NCBI GenBank assembly: GCA_012026655.1
Contig: JAAILG010000011.1
Coordinates: 62,001 to 126,000 of the forward strand
DNA: 64,000 nt
Source: Hydrolagus affinis
Lineage: Eukaryota
Direction of reading: 5' to 3'
The notes beneath the pieces are model-generated. The model was not told the origin of the DNA and made no database searches. It saw nothing but the letters and a program-made list of their open reading frames with translations. Positions 27,010 through 40,666 of the stretch are shown in pieces (the first letter of the stretch is position 1; the number at the start of each line of letters is the position of its first letter). The translations under genes and the position numbers were made by a program.

Positions 27010-30000
27010 GTCAGCTTGGACTAGCAATGAAGGCTACCACTTCTGGGAAAAGGACCATATTTGTCAGTCAGATTTGGCATTCACAGCGTGAGGTTAGTTA
27101 TATTTCAGTCTGATACAGGGCAAGACTCGCTTTATACTGGGTCTCAACAATGTGCTTTCATTCCCAGCTCCTCCTGTAGCATTGTGATGTATCCCATTTA
27201 TTACACCAATTGTATGCGTGTGAAATAAAAGGGAGTGAAAGTGTCTTTGGGAGAGCGAGAGGGGTAAAAATCATCCAAATCTTAGAGGGTACTTAGAGGG
27301 TTAAAGTACTGATAAGGTGCAGTGCAGTTATATATTTGGAGCTGTTTGTCACTTGGTGAATTCCTGATCTGAGGCACATCAGCAGAGATGGAACAGTAGC
27401 TTGGCTCTGAGCTGTCTGATACAGACATGGGGAGTCAATGTAAAAGTTACCTATGGATTCCTGCAGCCAAATCACAGGCACTTCTTACAAGAGGTGCTGT
27501 CAGGAGGCTGAGAGAATTTCTGCTAAGGTATACTGTACATAATATGAGTAAGGAGCCCTGAGAGAAAATCAAGGAAAGGAAACACGGCCACAAAGAAATT
27601 AATGGCAGCGTTATTGATCGCTGACCTGATATTTCATGCAGAGCAGATGGTTCCATATTTCACAGCTTCCTAATCGTCTTTTGAGCCATAATATATCTTG
27701 GGATCTAACAAACGACACCCTTAATCAGTAATGTGTTATAATATGTATTATAATGAGGTTCAAAGGATCAATCCAGCATGGTTCATGGAGAGAATATGAC
27801 ATGTATTTGGCATCAATTCATTTGATTCAGATGAGGGCATGGACTTTAGTGACAAAAAGCTTTGCCAATCTGTTAGATCATTTAAACACTGAGCACGTCA
27901 CAGATACAGTAACACCCTCCAAACTCGTGAACAACTGATCAGCCATCAGGAAATCAATACCTAATTTCAACTCAACTTTCTACTCTCTGTGTTGAGTCCA
28001 TGATTTGGATAGATGGGCACTCTAATAGTAGAAAGACTTTTCATATAAAAACTATCCACTGAACACAGACCCTTTTCCCTGGGTAATTTAACAATGTGAT
28101 AAAGTGCAGAAGGAATACAGTGTCTCTTCAAATAAGGAAACTCTTCAATCAAATAGCATAGAAGGTCACATTACTGCTCAGAAGTTTGGGTAAATTCCAG
28201 TTAATTTGGAGTATATTTTAAAGTAGATTAACATGTATAGAAATCAACCTTGTGATTGAGACTGTATCTGTTCTAGGTAAAATCGGAGAGAATAATTTCA
28301 TAATTAGCCAACAAAGCTCATCAATTTCTCCCCCTGATTCTATGCACAAATTCTGTGCATTCATGCATATGAGGAGCTAACATGGAAAGCTAATGAGATC
28401 AGAATGAACAAGAGAGATTTAATGAGAGATGCCTATTACTGGCCATAGTATGGGCTTTAACTGCATTCGCACTATAAGAAATTAACTTGAGGAAGAACGA
28501 ACTGTCTCACTATGTATATTATATATATATACAATACACATATTATATAATTGATTGAGAAATCCTGCCAAAGCCCACCCTCCTCTTCGACCACATCCTC
28601 TGTCACCCTCCTATCCCCAACCGTCCTGCCATCCACCCCTCTTGACTGACCAACACCCTGGGGATAGACTCCCTGTGTGAAAGGTGCTGTACAAATGTAA
28701 TATGTTGCAGTTGAAATGGACTTGAGATCAAAAGATTTGGAGTTTGAAACCTGCGGATCTACTCGGAACTTAATCCTTTCGAGAATGATAACATTTGGGA
28801 AGGAAGGAAGAAATGGAATTTTCGAAGGGTTGACCTGAATGTGAGGAGCCAGACAGGCAGAGAGGCAGGCAGCTGGGACTTCAGGCATTGTGATCCTGTC
28901 CTCGGCATTGTTCTCCAAAACAACTTCTGTATATACAGTATTCCACTTAATTTCGTCCCTCTCCCTCCCTTTGAAAACCTCTTAAAAAATAAATCTCTTC
29001 CATAGAGTTTGGTCAACATCATTACAATGTTGATGCGCACTACATCTTTTTGAGATGCACATTTATATGAAAAGCACTATACAAATGCAAATTACTGCTA
29101 TCGTTCCTTTGATAACGTATGCAGCTAAACTCCACGTAGTGAAACAAAACAGACTCCCTAATACAGTACTCCAAAAGTGGACTCTTGCTTGAAAATGAAT
29201 GGCTTGATAAGTCAAGGGGGCATTTTTTTCCCTTCTGGAACAGCGTTAAATTTTTTTTCCTCTTCCTTCAGCAAAGTGGTATGATAACTTTGAACCCTTC
29301 CCAAATTAAGATTTTTTTTAAAAATAAAGCAGCTACTATTTTCTTGTGTAATGAAAAGTGAGCTGGCTGCTCTCCCCCCACTCTCTCCCTGCGGAGTCAC
29401 AAGGTTTCAATGTGGTTTTCCTGGTACAAGAAGCCAAGTTTCACACTATTGTCTGAACCGTTTCCCTTTGTGTGTGTGTAAGAGGCCAAGGGTGGATCTC
29501 CAGTTAAGAATTCCTTACAGTCCAAATATGTGGCGCTACTGGAACCAGATGGATACATATTTGCCAGGACTTTCAAGAGATCTTTACGGATCTGTTCTTT
29601 TACTGAAACACGGCTCAACTTTCAGACAGATGCACAGACTCCCTTGTGACTGCTTTTTCTGCAGACAAGTGTAAATCATCAACATGCTGGCCGACATCCA
29701 GTTATCCCATTTTTCACTGCCAAAAAATAAATGACGTAATGGATCATGCAGCCCAAGTGACGATGTGCCGAGGAGATTAGCGGGCATGCCTGATGATAAA
29801 TTGCCAAACGTTGTCTTTGAGTAGCGTTTTAAGGACCTTCACTTTCGTGGCTCTTTGTTACCCGAGTCCTGTGTGTTCATTTCCACTCCCTGTCATATTG
29901 CGAAGCAAAATCCCACTGTTCTTCGTCTGTGACCGTGGACAGGTTCGTACTGTTGACTTGATTTCAGTGCGATCAGGTTATTAATGTTAACGTTATTAGC

Positions 30001-33000
30001 AGCTTCTATTATATCCGAAGACATCTCGATTTAACCTGGTCGTGGCAGTTTCTTCACTCTATTTAATGGTCGGTTAATTGGCAGGCAGTGGAATCACAAA
30101 AGCAACTTCTGTGCTTTCACAGTAATGATGTTACATGCAGGAAATCTATCTATAGTAAGCAGTTCACTTCATTGCGTGGCTTGTTTGTAAAGAGGAGAAA
30201 TCTGTCAAAAAATGTTTCACTCTGAAGACACCACCTTAATTGGGTAACGTGATGACTCATTAAAATTGGACTCCTGCAATAGTGGCATGCAGACTGAGAG
30301 AGAGAGAGAGAGACGAGTGTAAGAGAGAGCAGGGTAGCCCTTCTTTACAACGGGAGTAAGGAAGGATGCTCTTTCATGATACAAATGGATGAGTTGGTCC
30401 CTCTGTACAGTGTGTCTCTAATTCTCCCTTCTAATTTGCTTCACTCTTCTAAAGATGGAGTGGTTCCTGAGTTAGGATGTGTCCCCACTTACACCACCAT
30501 CCCCATCAACTCCCCAAAGCACCCACCTTACCTAGAGTTGCTTCCCCAGTTTGATATCTCATTATGCACCAGGCATTGAAGCTGGGTCCTATCTGCTTCA
30601 GCTCTACACTGGGAGGTACATGTAACAATAGAACTGCCACATAATCTCTGATTGACAACTACGCTGTCTGTCCCGATAACTAAAGAGAACCTTTTTGCGA
30701 GTAATATTACTAATGTATTCAGTTGCTGCCACGACTCAGCTATCAAGCCACAGTTTTGTTTACAAGGTTGTGTTTTCCATTGATTTCAATGGGGAAGGAA
30801 ATACTTCTGAACTGCTAAACCGTGCTTAGCATTCTTGCTGCACAGACTCCAGGGAGTCTAGACCAAACAGAAGTGGGGAGTGTGTGCTGAGACTTACGCT
30901 GTTAAAGTGAGCACTTTTGTCTACCTTGTTCTTGTTCTCCGGAGGAGCTGCAGGAAAGCTATCAATACAAAATATCAACCATCAAAGCCTGAAAGAAACT
31001 AAAATAGTTTAGAATAATATTTTTTAATGATTTAGCAATTTGGGGAAAAAATAAAATTGGCCACTTAATCCACTACGTCTTTTGGGACACAGCTGTGTGC
31101 AATTGGCTGCCACCTTTTTTCCCCACAAATTATAGTCAATTCACTAATAATAATCTCTGCATTTGTTTCAGTGACTTATCACATCTTCGAGGCTTCTTAA
31201 AGAGCATCACAGGATGTAATGAATCATTAAATCAAACGCAAAGATTATTATTATTACTTTTTGTGAGTTGTTTACCTGACTAATAGCAATAAACAAATTG
31301 TACTCATCGTAGATAGGCAACAAGGCTTGGTTTCTAAAGTCCACAGAGTATTTTATGACCAAGAAATGATATTGCGTGAGAACAGAATAAAAATTAGCTG
31401 ACAACATCTGGTGCCATCTTTTCCCAGTGATAATGAATTTGCTCAGGTTATGAAATGCTGAGTGGTGATGTCTCAGATCACACGAACGGTCTTGCAAAAT
31501 ACCGGAGGTGAAGTTCATCATAATGATACAATAATCATCCTTACTGTTGATATAGCGCTTTATCATGTTCTTGAGACGTCTCAAAGCTCTTCACAGAATA
31601 TACTGTCAAGTGAATTAATTGCATATTCTGTGGGCATAATACGGTAGACACAGTAATGTCTCACGAACAGTCGTAGAAATCGAAGTGCCTGCAGGAAAAT
31701 TTGCAATTAGGACAAAAAAGCAAATTCCTCATGATATTAAACCTCGGTTCAGAATTGTGGGTTTAAGACATTGAATCCGGTTGCGGAAGCAGTTTTGTCC
31801 CTGAGCCATCTTGACCTTGTCAAGCATAAAGCAGTTTTAGAGATAGGATCCCCATTGCGACCTCTTTCTTTGAAAAGCTCCGCTTACATAACATGACGGC
31901 TTCATCAAGACACATTTATTAGATCGGATGAATAGTCCTAACCCACTCATCAATTGTGGAGGTACCTTCTGAAAGATGGTCAGTCCATTTTGGGGTCAGA
32001 TATAAATCACCAAACGTTCTACAGCTGTGGTGCTAATTCAGTGATCTGGTTTGGAGATAAAGTGAGTTACCCTGATACCTGTGTCACCTCGGAATAGAAG
32101 TACAACAATGACACTATGTACATTTCTGTAACATTTTTCACATTCAGAGGACATTTCACAGGACCACACTGGAATTTCATACGTTGTTTTTGCCATTGAG
32201 AATGAGATTTGAAGCAAAGTTATGTCGGAAGGAGAAATATATGGTAACTCGGGTATTAAAATGAAAGCTAAATAAATGGGGAGATCATTCCTTCCTGCGG
32301 CACACGGATCCTACCAGAACAAGTAGCGAACTCAATAAGCTAAGACCAAATGCATTTCTAAGAGATGAGAAGCAGAGAAAATTAATCTTCCCGCAGAAAT
32401 TGTAGAATCTTTCAGACTTTTCACTTGTGGAACTGTCTGCATTATCAGGATCCTTTTGGGACTTTTGCTTTCAACATAGGTGCTTTTTTCCTCTACTTAA
32501 GTCCCCTGAGTGGTTTGCGAATCACTAAATTTCTTTGCAATGACATATTGGAAGAGGCTGTAGGGTTGTATTTTTCACTGTGAGACACACACACACACGC
32601 ACACATAGTGCTGCTTACTGACAGAACACTCACTAAGAGAGATCATTCAACTGTCTATTGTGTCATAAATTTCTTAGGCTTCCTATCTCTGCACAAGCTC
32701 TTCTCCGTGGATAATACTCCAAAAAGTTGCAATCAGTAAACTTGCATCAGTAAGACTCTTATGAGAATATACTTGCAGCTCGCATATTCACTCACTTAGA
32801 GCTGTCTGGGATCAAAGTGCCACAGTAATTCTCCTGAGTAGAAACTAAAGAGAGTGCTCCAGTGAATGAAATGTCTCATTATCCAAGGGAAAGCAAGAAC
32901 AGGATTAGTCGAAGCTGTTCGATGGTTGTCACCTTACAAGTGTATCGGTTTCTGCTTTACACGTTTAATCGGCTTACCTGATGTGCACCCACGATCTATC

Positions 33001-33414
33001 GCTCACTATATTTTCTTTCCATGCGCATCTCCCGGTGAAAAAAAATGGTCACACTCCTTTTGGGTAAGATTTACAATTTTGAAAGGTTTGGAGTTGGATA
33101 AATGGTGAAAGCTGGTTGGTGAAACAGTGCTTAGGGAGCATAAAAACTGGAGGGGTCGAGAGGAACTTTTTTTTTCACACACCAGCATGAAATGCTTACC
33201 AGTCTTACTCTGAGTTGGGAATTGGAATGAGAGTGAAAGACTCCAGAGGAAGAGAGAGAACCAGCGCAGACTGAGCAATAGTGACTGTGATTCGATATGA
33301 TGTGCATCGCCATCCTGTGTTTTGGGATTGTTTTTGAATATACATAGGAAGGGTTATTTTCTTACTCACATCATTGTGATGGTGTTGGCCTATATTCCAG
33401 TATTTCAGTACTAC

Positions 33415-33735
33415 TGTAGCTCAGTGGTTAGAGCACTCGCCTTACAAGCATGAGACCTGTGTTCTAATCCAGGCAGATCAGGGCGAAACCTTGGGCAAGT
33501 TTCCTTACGTCACACGTCTAATAATAAACCGTCCCCCCAAAAAACAATAATAAAATTGGTCATTTCAATCCACGACTGTTTGTGGAACACTACTGTGCTC
33601 AAATGGCTTCTGCGTTTCGCCAACAAAATATACAGTCAAGTCAGATTACGGTATTTTCTGTGAAGCGCTTTGAGACGTCTAGAAGGTGTGAGAAGCGCTA
33701 TATCAAATGTAAGGATGATTATTATTATTATGATT
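33415..33735 (+). mobile_element. tRNA-derived SINE, near full length (TUB intron 1)
   Basis: CTGTAGCTCAGTGGTTAGAGC...AAATGTAAGGATGATTATTATT. Confidence 0.9.
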
Positions 33736-33943
33736 ACTTAAGTTAACATTAAGAAATGCCTGAATTTTCTCTTTTAAAAAAAATTAAAATGCTGCAATAA
33801 TCTGAGAAGGTTCCACCTCAATATGGTTCCAGCGCTGGTTGGTTGCTGCTCGGACTAGATGCACCCGACTGGCACAGCCTGTGAGAGTGTTACCCGCTTC
33901 TGTGTGGGCACCAGCTGATTGATGGTACTGTTTGCCTCCACAG

Positions 33944-33995
33944 TGTTCTGGATGATGAGGGCAGCAATCTGCGGCAGCAAAAACTTGACAGACAG
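33944..33995 (+). CDS. TUB: TUB coding exon 2 (VLDDEGSNLRQQKLDRQ)
   Basis: ctccacag|TGTTCTGGATGATGAG...GACAGACAG|gtaaga; 52 nt. Confidence 0.96.
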
Positions 33996-34285
33996 GTAAG
34001 AATTTCTAAATGTTAAACCTTTTAATAATGTTTCTTCTCTCGGCTGGCTAAGGTGAAAATGTGACTCTTTTTATTGCAATACAAAATATAATTATTTGTC
34101 ATTTTGGACAACCCTGCAAGATGTGACTTGTACCAGTCATGATTTATTCATTTACTATTGGAAACACACACATCCTTTGCAAGGATAGTCGGTAGAGCTT
34201 TAGAGATTATGTGTAGAATGGAATAACTACAACAACAACTTGCATTTATAAAGCGCCTTTCATGTGGGGAAGTGTCCGGGAGTGC

Positions 34286-34872
34286 TTAAGGGGGGGGGCT
34301 TAAGATACTCCATACCGAAATTTTGCGTTTTTCCAGTTTTTTTTGTTTAAAATGATATAAGAAAAAAATCTAAACAACTAATTTCAAAGAGACCTATGTG
34401 TGGATGATAACGTGTGAAAATGAGAGTGAAAGCTCTTTCCAGTTCCCGATGAGAATGAGAAACAATTTTCCTTTTATTTTTATTATGTGAAAACCAATTT
34501 ATTTCTCATTCTCATCAGGAACTGGAAAGAGCTTTCACTCTCATTTTCACACATTATCATCCAATTCCGCATGGGAGAGGACAAAAACAGCAAAATTAAA
34601 AGTTATCAAATCTCTATGAAATTACATGTTTTGTGTGAACAAATGTCTGCTTAACAAGGAACAGAAAACCGTTTTTCAATAACTTCATTGGTTTGCATGA
34701 AAATTTGATTCAATAGAAATTCTTTTGAAAGTTGAGGGAAAAATTATATCCAATTTTCTGATTAATTCCGTCACCAAGATTCTTTTGATTCAAGATTCTG
34801 GAGCCTTCTACATGCAAGAGGTATCCAATTTTTAATTTTGATATGAAATAGGGGTATCACCTGACCTTATAA
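34286..34872. mobile_element. Probable non-autonomous DNA transposon (TTAA-site, Kolobok-like) with internal fold-back
   Basis: Begins at TTAA|GG where it cuts off an L2-type tail; AT-rich. Weak terminal inverted similarity (GATACTCC..GAAATT vs AATTTTG..GGGGTATC..CCTTA). Contains a 62-bp inverted repeat. Confidence 0.45.
34401..34563. repeat. 62-bp inverted repeat, 39-nt spacer
   Basis: 34401-34462 versus the reverse complement of 34502-34563: 60/62 identical. Confidence 0.95.
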
Positions 34873-36529
34873 AAGTTTTGTTAATCAGTTAGACCTTAAG
34901 ACTAATTCATAGCATGTAAAATTATGGCGAAAATTTCTCTGGATTGTAATTCCGTTAACACGTGCACAAGCGTGGATTGCAAAATCTGCCCCCCACTCCC
35001 ATTATACGATGTCTGTCTCAATTTTAACTAAGTGCTGGCTTCTCTGGTTGGATTTTTTGCTGCCATTCAACCTAGCCTTTTGATGGTGAACTATCAGGGC
35101 AACAGAAATTAATTACAAGTGAACATCTTTGTTGTTGGAAAATTGAAATATCCATCACTAAATTGTGTTTGAGCTGTTCTGCTAATATTGTGAGGGCAAA
35201 GAACTCGAATAACTGAAGCAATGTTAATTTTAAGGTTATTTAAGATTGATCACAGATGCACTTTGTGGGAATGCCTGTTTCAATAACTTTCCCCAAACAT
35301 CGGAAGCCCCCACCCCAACCTTCTCATATGACTATTAGATGAGAAGCTGCATATTTATCAAGTTAATAATAATTTGCATTTGACGAGAGCATTTCGTGCC
35401 AAGTGGGTGTTTCAAAAGTCTTCACAGGGTACATTGCAAAGTGTAGTGACTGCATGTTTTGTAGGTAAAAGAGAGATTCAATTTCCTGTTAGGGTGAGGA
35501 TCACTGAAGTACAGGGTGACCAAAATATGGTGATAACGACTCAATTATCCAAAAATATCACTATCTATCGCTTGGAGAAAAATGTATGCCAGATGAGTCC
35601 CCTGTCATTTATAGGATGAGTATCTTGGCTTTTATTTGTTTTCTCTCTGATCGACCATGTCAGCGGTTTTGTGACTTACCACTGCTCAGCAAATGGCACT
35701 TGACATGTACTTTAATTGACAAGGGAAGCAATAAGGAAGTATTTGACGTCCCAGTGTTCTGCTTGCTGGCAAGTTGTCTGAGGCAATCTAAAGCTAAATT
35801 GAAAGCAGAGCGAATATTTTGTGACCTAACAGAGAAAGCCGAATCCCTCACTTGGCACTCTGAGCTCAAGACTCTTCCTTCAGTCAGGAGAAAGAATGAT
35901 TGTGAGCACTGAAGACAACTCAGTTGAAGATCTTTTTAAAGCATCGCTGTATGCTGTCCCGCTTAGTTTTTTAGAGCATTTTTTTTAAAAAAAGACAATT
36001 GCGTGAAAGATAATTTGTGTGACCATTCTGGTGAAAAACAGGTCAATGTCAATTGCATTTCTGAAAAGAGAAAGAGATATTTACAACTTCCATCCCTGGT
36101 GAGAAAGAGTACCATACAACCCCATCATGGAGGCAACCCCATAGCAGTGCCTTTATACATAGATTGTATGTAGGCTATTGCTTATTTTATTACATTACAT
36201 ATTGCTGACCACTCACAAAATTGTTGTTAAGGGTCTATATCAAGTGCAAGGATTATTCTTATATTAAAGATTGCATACAGTTTTTAAAAAGATAAGCAAG
36301 ATTAAATAATTCAAAAGATGTCCAAGCCATTCTTCCAGATGCTTGCAGCCTTATTAAATATTTAATATCCTCTTATGGTTACAGTGACTTAAACTTGCTG
36401 TCCTTTTATCACTGGAGCCTACTTCTGAATCCAACCCCGACTGATGAGGTAGAAGCCTCTTCCATTTCCATGGGGTCAATGTGAGTTTGCGCAGCATTGG
36501 TTTAGATCTTAGCAGTTCACTGCACAACT

Positions 36530-36880
36530 GGAGCCTTGTAGTGTAATAGTTAGAGCATCGTCTTGCAAGCGAGAGGACCTGGTTTCAATTCCCGGGCAGG
36601 GCGAAGCACTGGGCAAGTTTCCTTATTCCATACGGCTCTGTTCTCCTAGCCATAAGCATGAACCCGGGTTGCTAGTTGATTGGCAGGTCACTTTTCTGGG
36701 GATAATAATTTGATCACTTAATCCATGACTGTTTGAGGGACACTGCTGTGTGCAATTAGCTGCCCACAAAATTAAAAGTCAGTACATCCTGTGAAGAGCT
36801 TTGAGATGTCTAGAAGAGATCAAACATGCTATATCAACTCCCAAGGATTATTATTGTTGTTATTATTATTATTATTATTA
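36530..36880 (+). mobile_element. tRNA-derived SINE, long variant, full length
   Basis: Head with TTGCAAG loop, GGGCAAGTTTCCTT..CTCTGTTCTCCTAGC segment, family tail. Confidence 0.85.
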
Positions 36881-37074
36881 CAACTACTGGTGACTCACTA
36901 AGTGATTCCGAACAGCCTCAATGTTCCATGTTAGGCACATGGAGTGTAACATTCAGACTTGTGGAGTAGTGGTGGATGGGGTGGGGCATACCTTTAAAGT
37001 TGTGGTTAAGTCATAAATTGCTATGAAAGCAAACATGCTGCTTTACTCCACACATACTCCATTGTGTTAGTGCA

Positions 37075-37290
37075 GTTTAGTCGGTAACAATGTCACCTCT
37101 TAGCCAGAAATTTGTGGATTCAAGCCCCGTGTCCAGACTTTGAATCCATATCCTTTGGGCTGAGACTCTGATAAAGTGCTGTGGGAGTGCTGCATTTGTG
37201 GAGGTGCCAGTCTTCGGCTGATGTGTTAAACCAGGATTTTGTCTGCCTGATCAGGTGGATGTAAATTATCCCATGGCCTTATTCAAAAAA
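37075..37290 (+). mobile_element. Older Deu-domain SINE, 5' part
   Basis: GGATTCAAGCCCC...GTGTTAAACCAGG..TCAGGTGGATGTAAATTATCCCATGGC. Confidence 0.68.
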
Positions 37291-38115
37291 AGAAATATAT
37301 CACAGGATGACTGAAACACCCACTCGACAGACTCAAATGAATCTACAATGATTACGTGATGCTCAGTCTCTGAACCAACATAGACAAATGCTCCACTTGT
37401 GACCTTTTGAGACCCCTCACTTTGAAAAGCGCAGAAAACTATTTAAAATGTCTGCAATTATGTAATGTCATTAATTCACAATTAATAGATCTGGTCACAA
37501 AGAAATGGCCTTTAGATTTAAATCACTCCCCGCTTCAAAAGCTTTCTGCTGGCTGTTATTTCTGAATAAGTGTCTGAATGTTTACTGAGCTGTAAACTTC
37601 GGATTCTTATTGCAGTTCATTCTGATAAATCTTTCACAAGTGAGTCAGGGTATGTTACGATCAGGCCTATTCCCCTTTCAGCATTAACTCTGATTAGTTT
37701 TATATATATATATATATTTTTAAATGACCAATTTGTCTTGTCAGTCATTCCTTCTGCAACTGAACATAAGAGTTGAATCATTTAATGGACATGCATGGTT
37801 CTGACAGAGTGAACACAAATAATTCAGACACACTGCATGCTTGAGTAGGGATGATTACCTGAAAGCTGTGCCCCGATCAATGATTCCATGTAATTGTAAT
37901 AATAATTCTTGCATTTGATATATAGCGTCTTATCAGGTGTTCGAGATGTCCCAAAGTGCTTCACAGAATATACTGTAAAGTGAAGTGACTATATTTTGTG
38001 GGCGAAATGGAGACTTATTGATCACATTGAAATTCTGTACATACGTATGGAGGTTACATCCATGTTTAAACACATTTTGTGATTATTTGGACAATTATTT
38101 GGAAAATGCGAAAAT

Positions 38116-38434
38116 GAGTCCTGTAGCTCAGTGGTTAGAGCACTCGCCGTGAAAGCAAGAGACCTGGGTTCGATTCCAGTCAGGGTGAAACCATGGGCAA
38201 GTTTCGTTACTACACACACCTGGTAATAATCCCTCAAGAAAAAACACAGTACAGTAATAAACCTTGCCACTTCAATCCACGACTGTTTGTGGCACACTGC
38301 TGTGCACAATTGGCTGTCGCATTTCGCCCGCATTTATACAGGCAATTCACTTTATAGTATATTCTGCAAAGCACTTTGAGACGTCTAGAAGACATGCGAA
38401 GCTCTATGTCAAATGCAAGAATTATTATTATTAT
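38116..38434 (+). mobile_element. tRNA-derived SINE, full length (TUB intron 2)
   Basis: Family head, body and tail. Confidence 0.9.
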
Positions 38435-40527
38435 CAGTAATTTTTTTCATCCGCTTCAGAGGTTGTGCACTGTAGTGGGCTATGGTTACTCCCTTAATAT
38501 TATTATTTTTATTATTATAATGTCATGGGCATAACTATATACAACAATGAGAGTGATCCCTAATCTACCCATGACATTGTTAAGTCATCTTTGCCAGCGG
38601 GGATAACAAATCCAGGAAAGTTGTGCTGGAAAATGTGATATTTTGCAACTGTTTCAATAAGACTTTCGATCTTAAGTAAATCTGTTGTGAAACCTTGCTT
38701 TTTTATCTACAATCATTTATGGCATCACACTGGTGCCTGTGAGGTTTAGAAATTGTTACGTTTAGCTCCTGCGATCCCTTCTGGCACTTGGAACATTTGC
38801 AGGAGAAAATGTAACTGCAAAAATAGCCCCACTATTCAGCTCATTTAGTTCCAACAGAATCCTCGATGGGTTTCAAACTTGTCTTAACCATCATAACAGA
38901 ATTCTTCAGATGTATCACTGATCGTATCAGTTTTGGTTAATGACTTTCACCTTGGTTTCCATCGCTTCATTGCATAGAAAACAAGTAGTTTTGAAGATTG
39001 TTCTCTCATTCCAATGAATATGTTGTTTAGCAGCTGATTCCCTCCGGGAGAAATTTAAGCATTTGAGCTGACAACATATAGTGTGTAAAGCTTTCATGAA
39101 TGATTGTGGGGAGGATGTAACGCTAAGCAACTCTGAGATTTTTAGATTGTCTCTTGTTTCAAATTGTGTGCACGGACATTGAACAGATAGTTATGTATGT
39201 TTGGAACACAATTTAACTCGGATTAGGTGAGTACTGGGCGAGCTGACGGTGAGTGGCTGCATGCCTCCTCTAGGCAAATCACTTTGCTAGCATTCTTACT
39301 TCTCAGGCAGTGACACGGAGCCATGCACTATCCATAATCCAGGCTGACGCTTTAGTGCAGAGCCAAGGGAGATGCCATCCTTTTGATAAATCCTTTTGGC
39401 AAGGTCCCATCTGCCCGTTGATGATTCAAGTGGACGTTAATGAACCCATGGCACTGTTACAAAAGAAGAAAGGGAAGGTGTCCTCATGTCTTGGCCAGCA
39501 TTTCCTCACCACCAATTATCACCCAAACAAACTAATGATTTGCTCATGCCTTTCATTACTGTACATGTACATGGGGTATTGCTGACACGGACTAACTGCC
39601 ACATTTGGCAACGTTAGACAGCCATTTCCTGGCATAAATGGAGCTATGTAAGTGTAAATTTATATTGGAGATTTTAGAATAAAAAGCCAGTGTCCCACTA
39701 ACCAGCATTCACAGGGACAACACTGATGTCAAACAAGCACCACGAATATGGAACGAGGTGGGGGAAGAGGGAGTACCCTTAGCATATTTGGGTAACGTTC
39801 AGTTTGATAAATATCATTGTTGCTAAATTGGTCCATTGTCAAATGTAGTGTTCAGGATTATCCTATTTAGCAAAAACATCCAAATATGACATTTTGTCAG
39901 CAGATGCCAGGTATTGCTGAGGTACTGTAGTTGGAGCCAACATGTTCCTGTCAGAGGAATTCTCTCTAATGTACTTTCTGTTCAAATCACCTTGGTTACG
40001 TGACGTGAACAGGGCTCAGTGTTGTTCCTATGACCTACCTGACAGTGAGCATCTGGGCTGAGAGAATTCATCTACTGGTGCAATGATTCTTGCTGCTTAG
40101 GAATTAACTTTGGCACTATTTATTCAGGTTTTGAGTAAAGATGAATTTTATGCTCATTAATATTCAGGCTGAGTAAAGACGGCTTTATCTGCTAGGCACA
40201 ATCACGACAGAAGCAGTCCGTCAGTCATTTAATGACAACTTGCGCTTTCATAATGCCTTTCATGTTGAAAGGATGTCTTGAAGCACTTTGTTTAAATATG
40301 ATACCGGGGAGAGAAGAGGGAAGGCCAGGGAATGGAGAATTAAGAATGTTGGCTGCAAAATAATCTCAATCAGACAATTCTCGAAAGTCACTTGATGGCT
40401 GACAATTTGTTCTCTTACCTTTCCTTCATCAGGAAACTTCCCCAAACCAAAAGGCCATGCACAGTCATGATTATTGCAAATTTTCACTCCCAAACAATTA
40501 AGGCCCTTGTTTTTTTCCTTTTGTCCT

Positions 40528-40659
40528 AATTGGCTGCTGGGTTTCGCCCACACATTATACAGCTAATTCAGTTTACAGTTTATTCTGTGAAGAGCTTTGA
40601 ATTGTCTCTAAGATGTGATAAGGCACAATATCAAATTCAAGGATTATTATTGTTATTAT
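40528..40659 (+). mobile_element. SINE 3' fragment abutting the exon-3 acceptor
   Basis: AATTGGCTGCTGGGTTTCGCCCACAC...CAAATTCAAGGATTATTATTGTTATTAT. Confidence 0.85.
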
Positions 40660-40666
40660 CCCACAG

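Noticed and set aside
30240-30365. Possible alternative first TUB exon (TGACTCA, GA-repeat, GA|GTAAGG)
   Set aside because: The ATG frame stops before the putative donor and the donor is weak; there is no support without RNA data.
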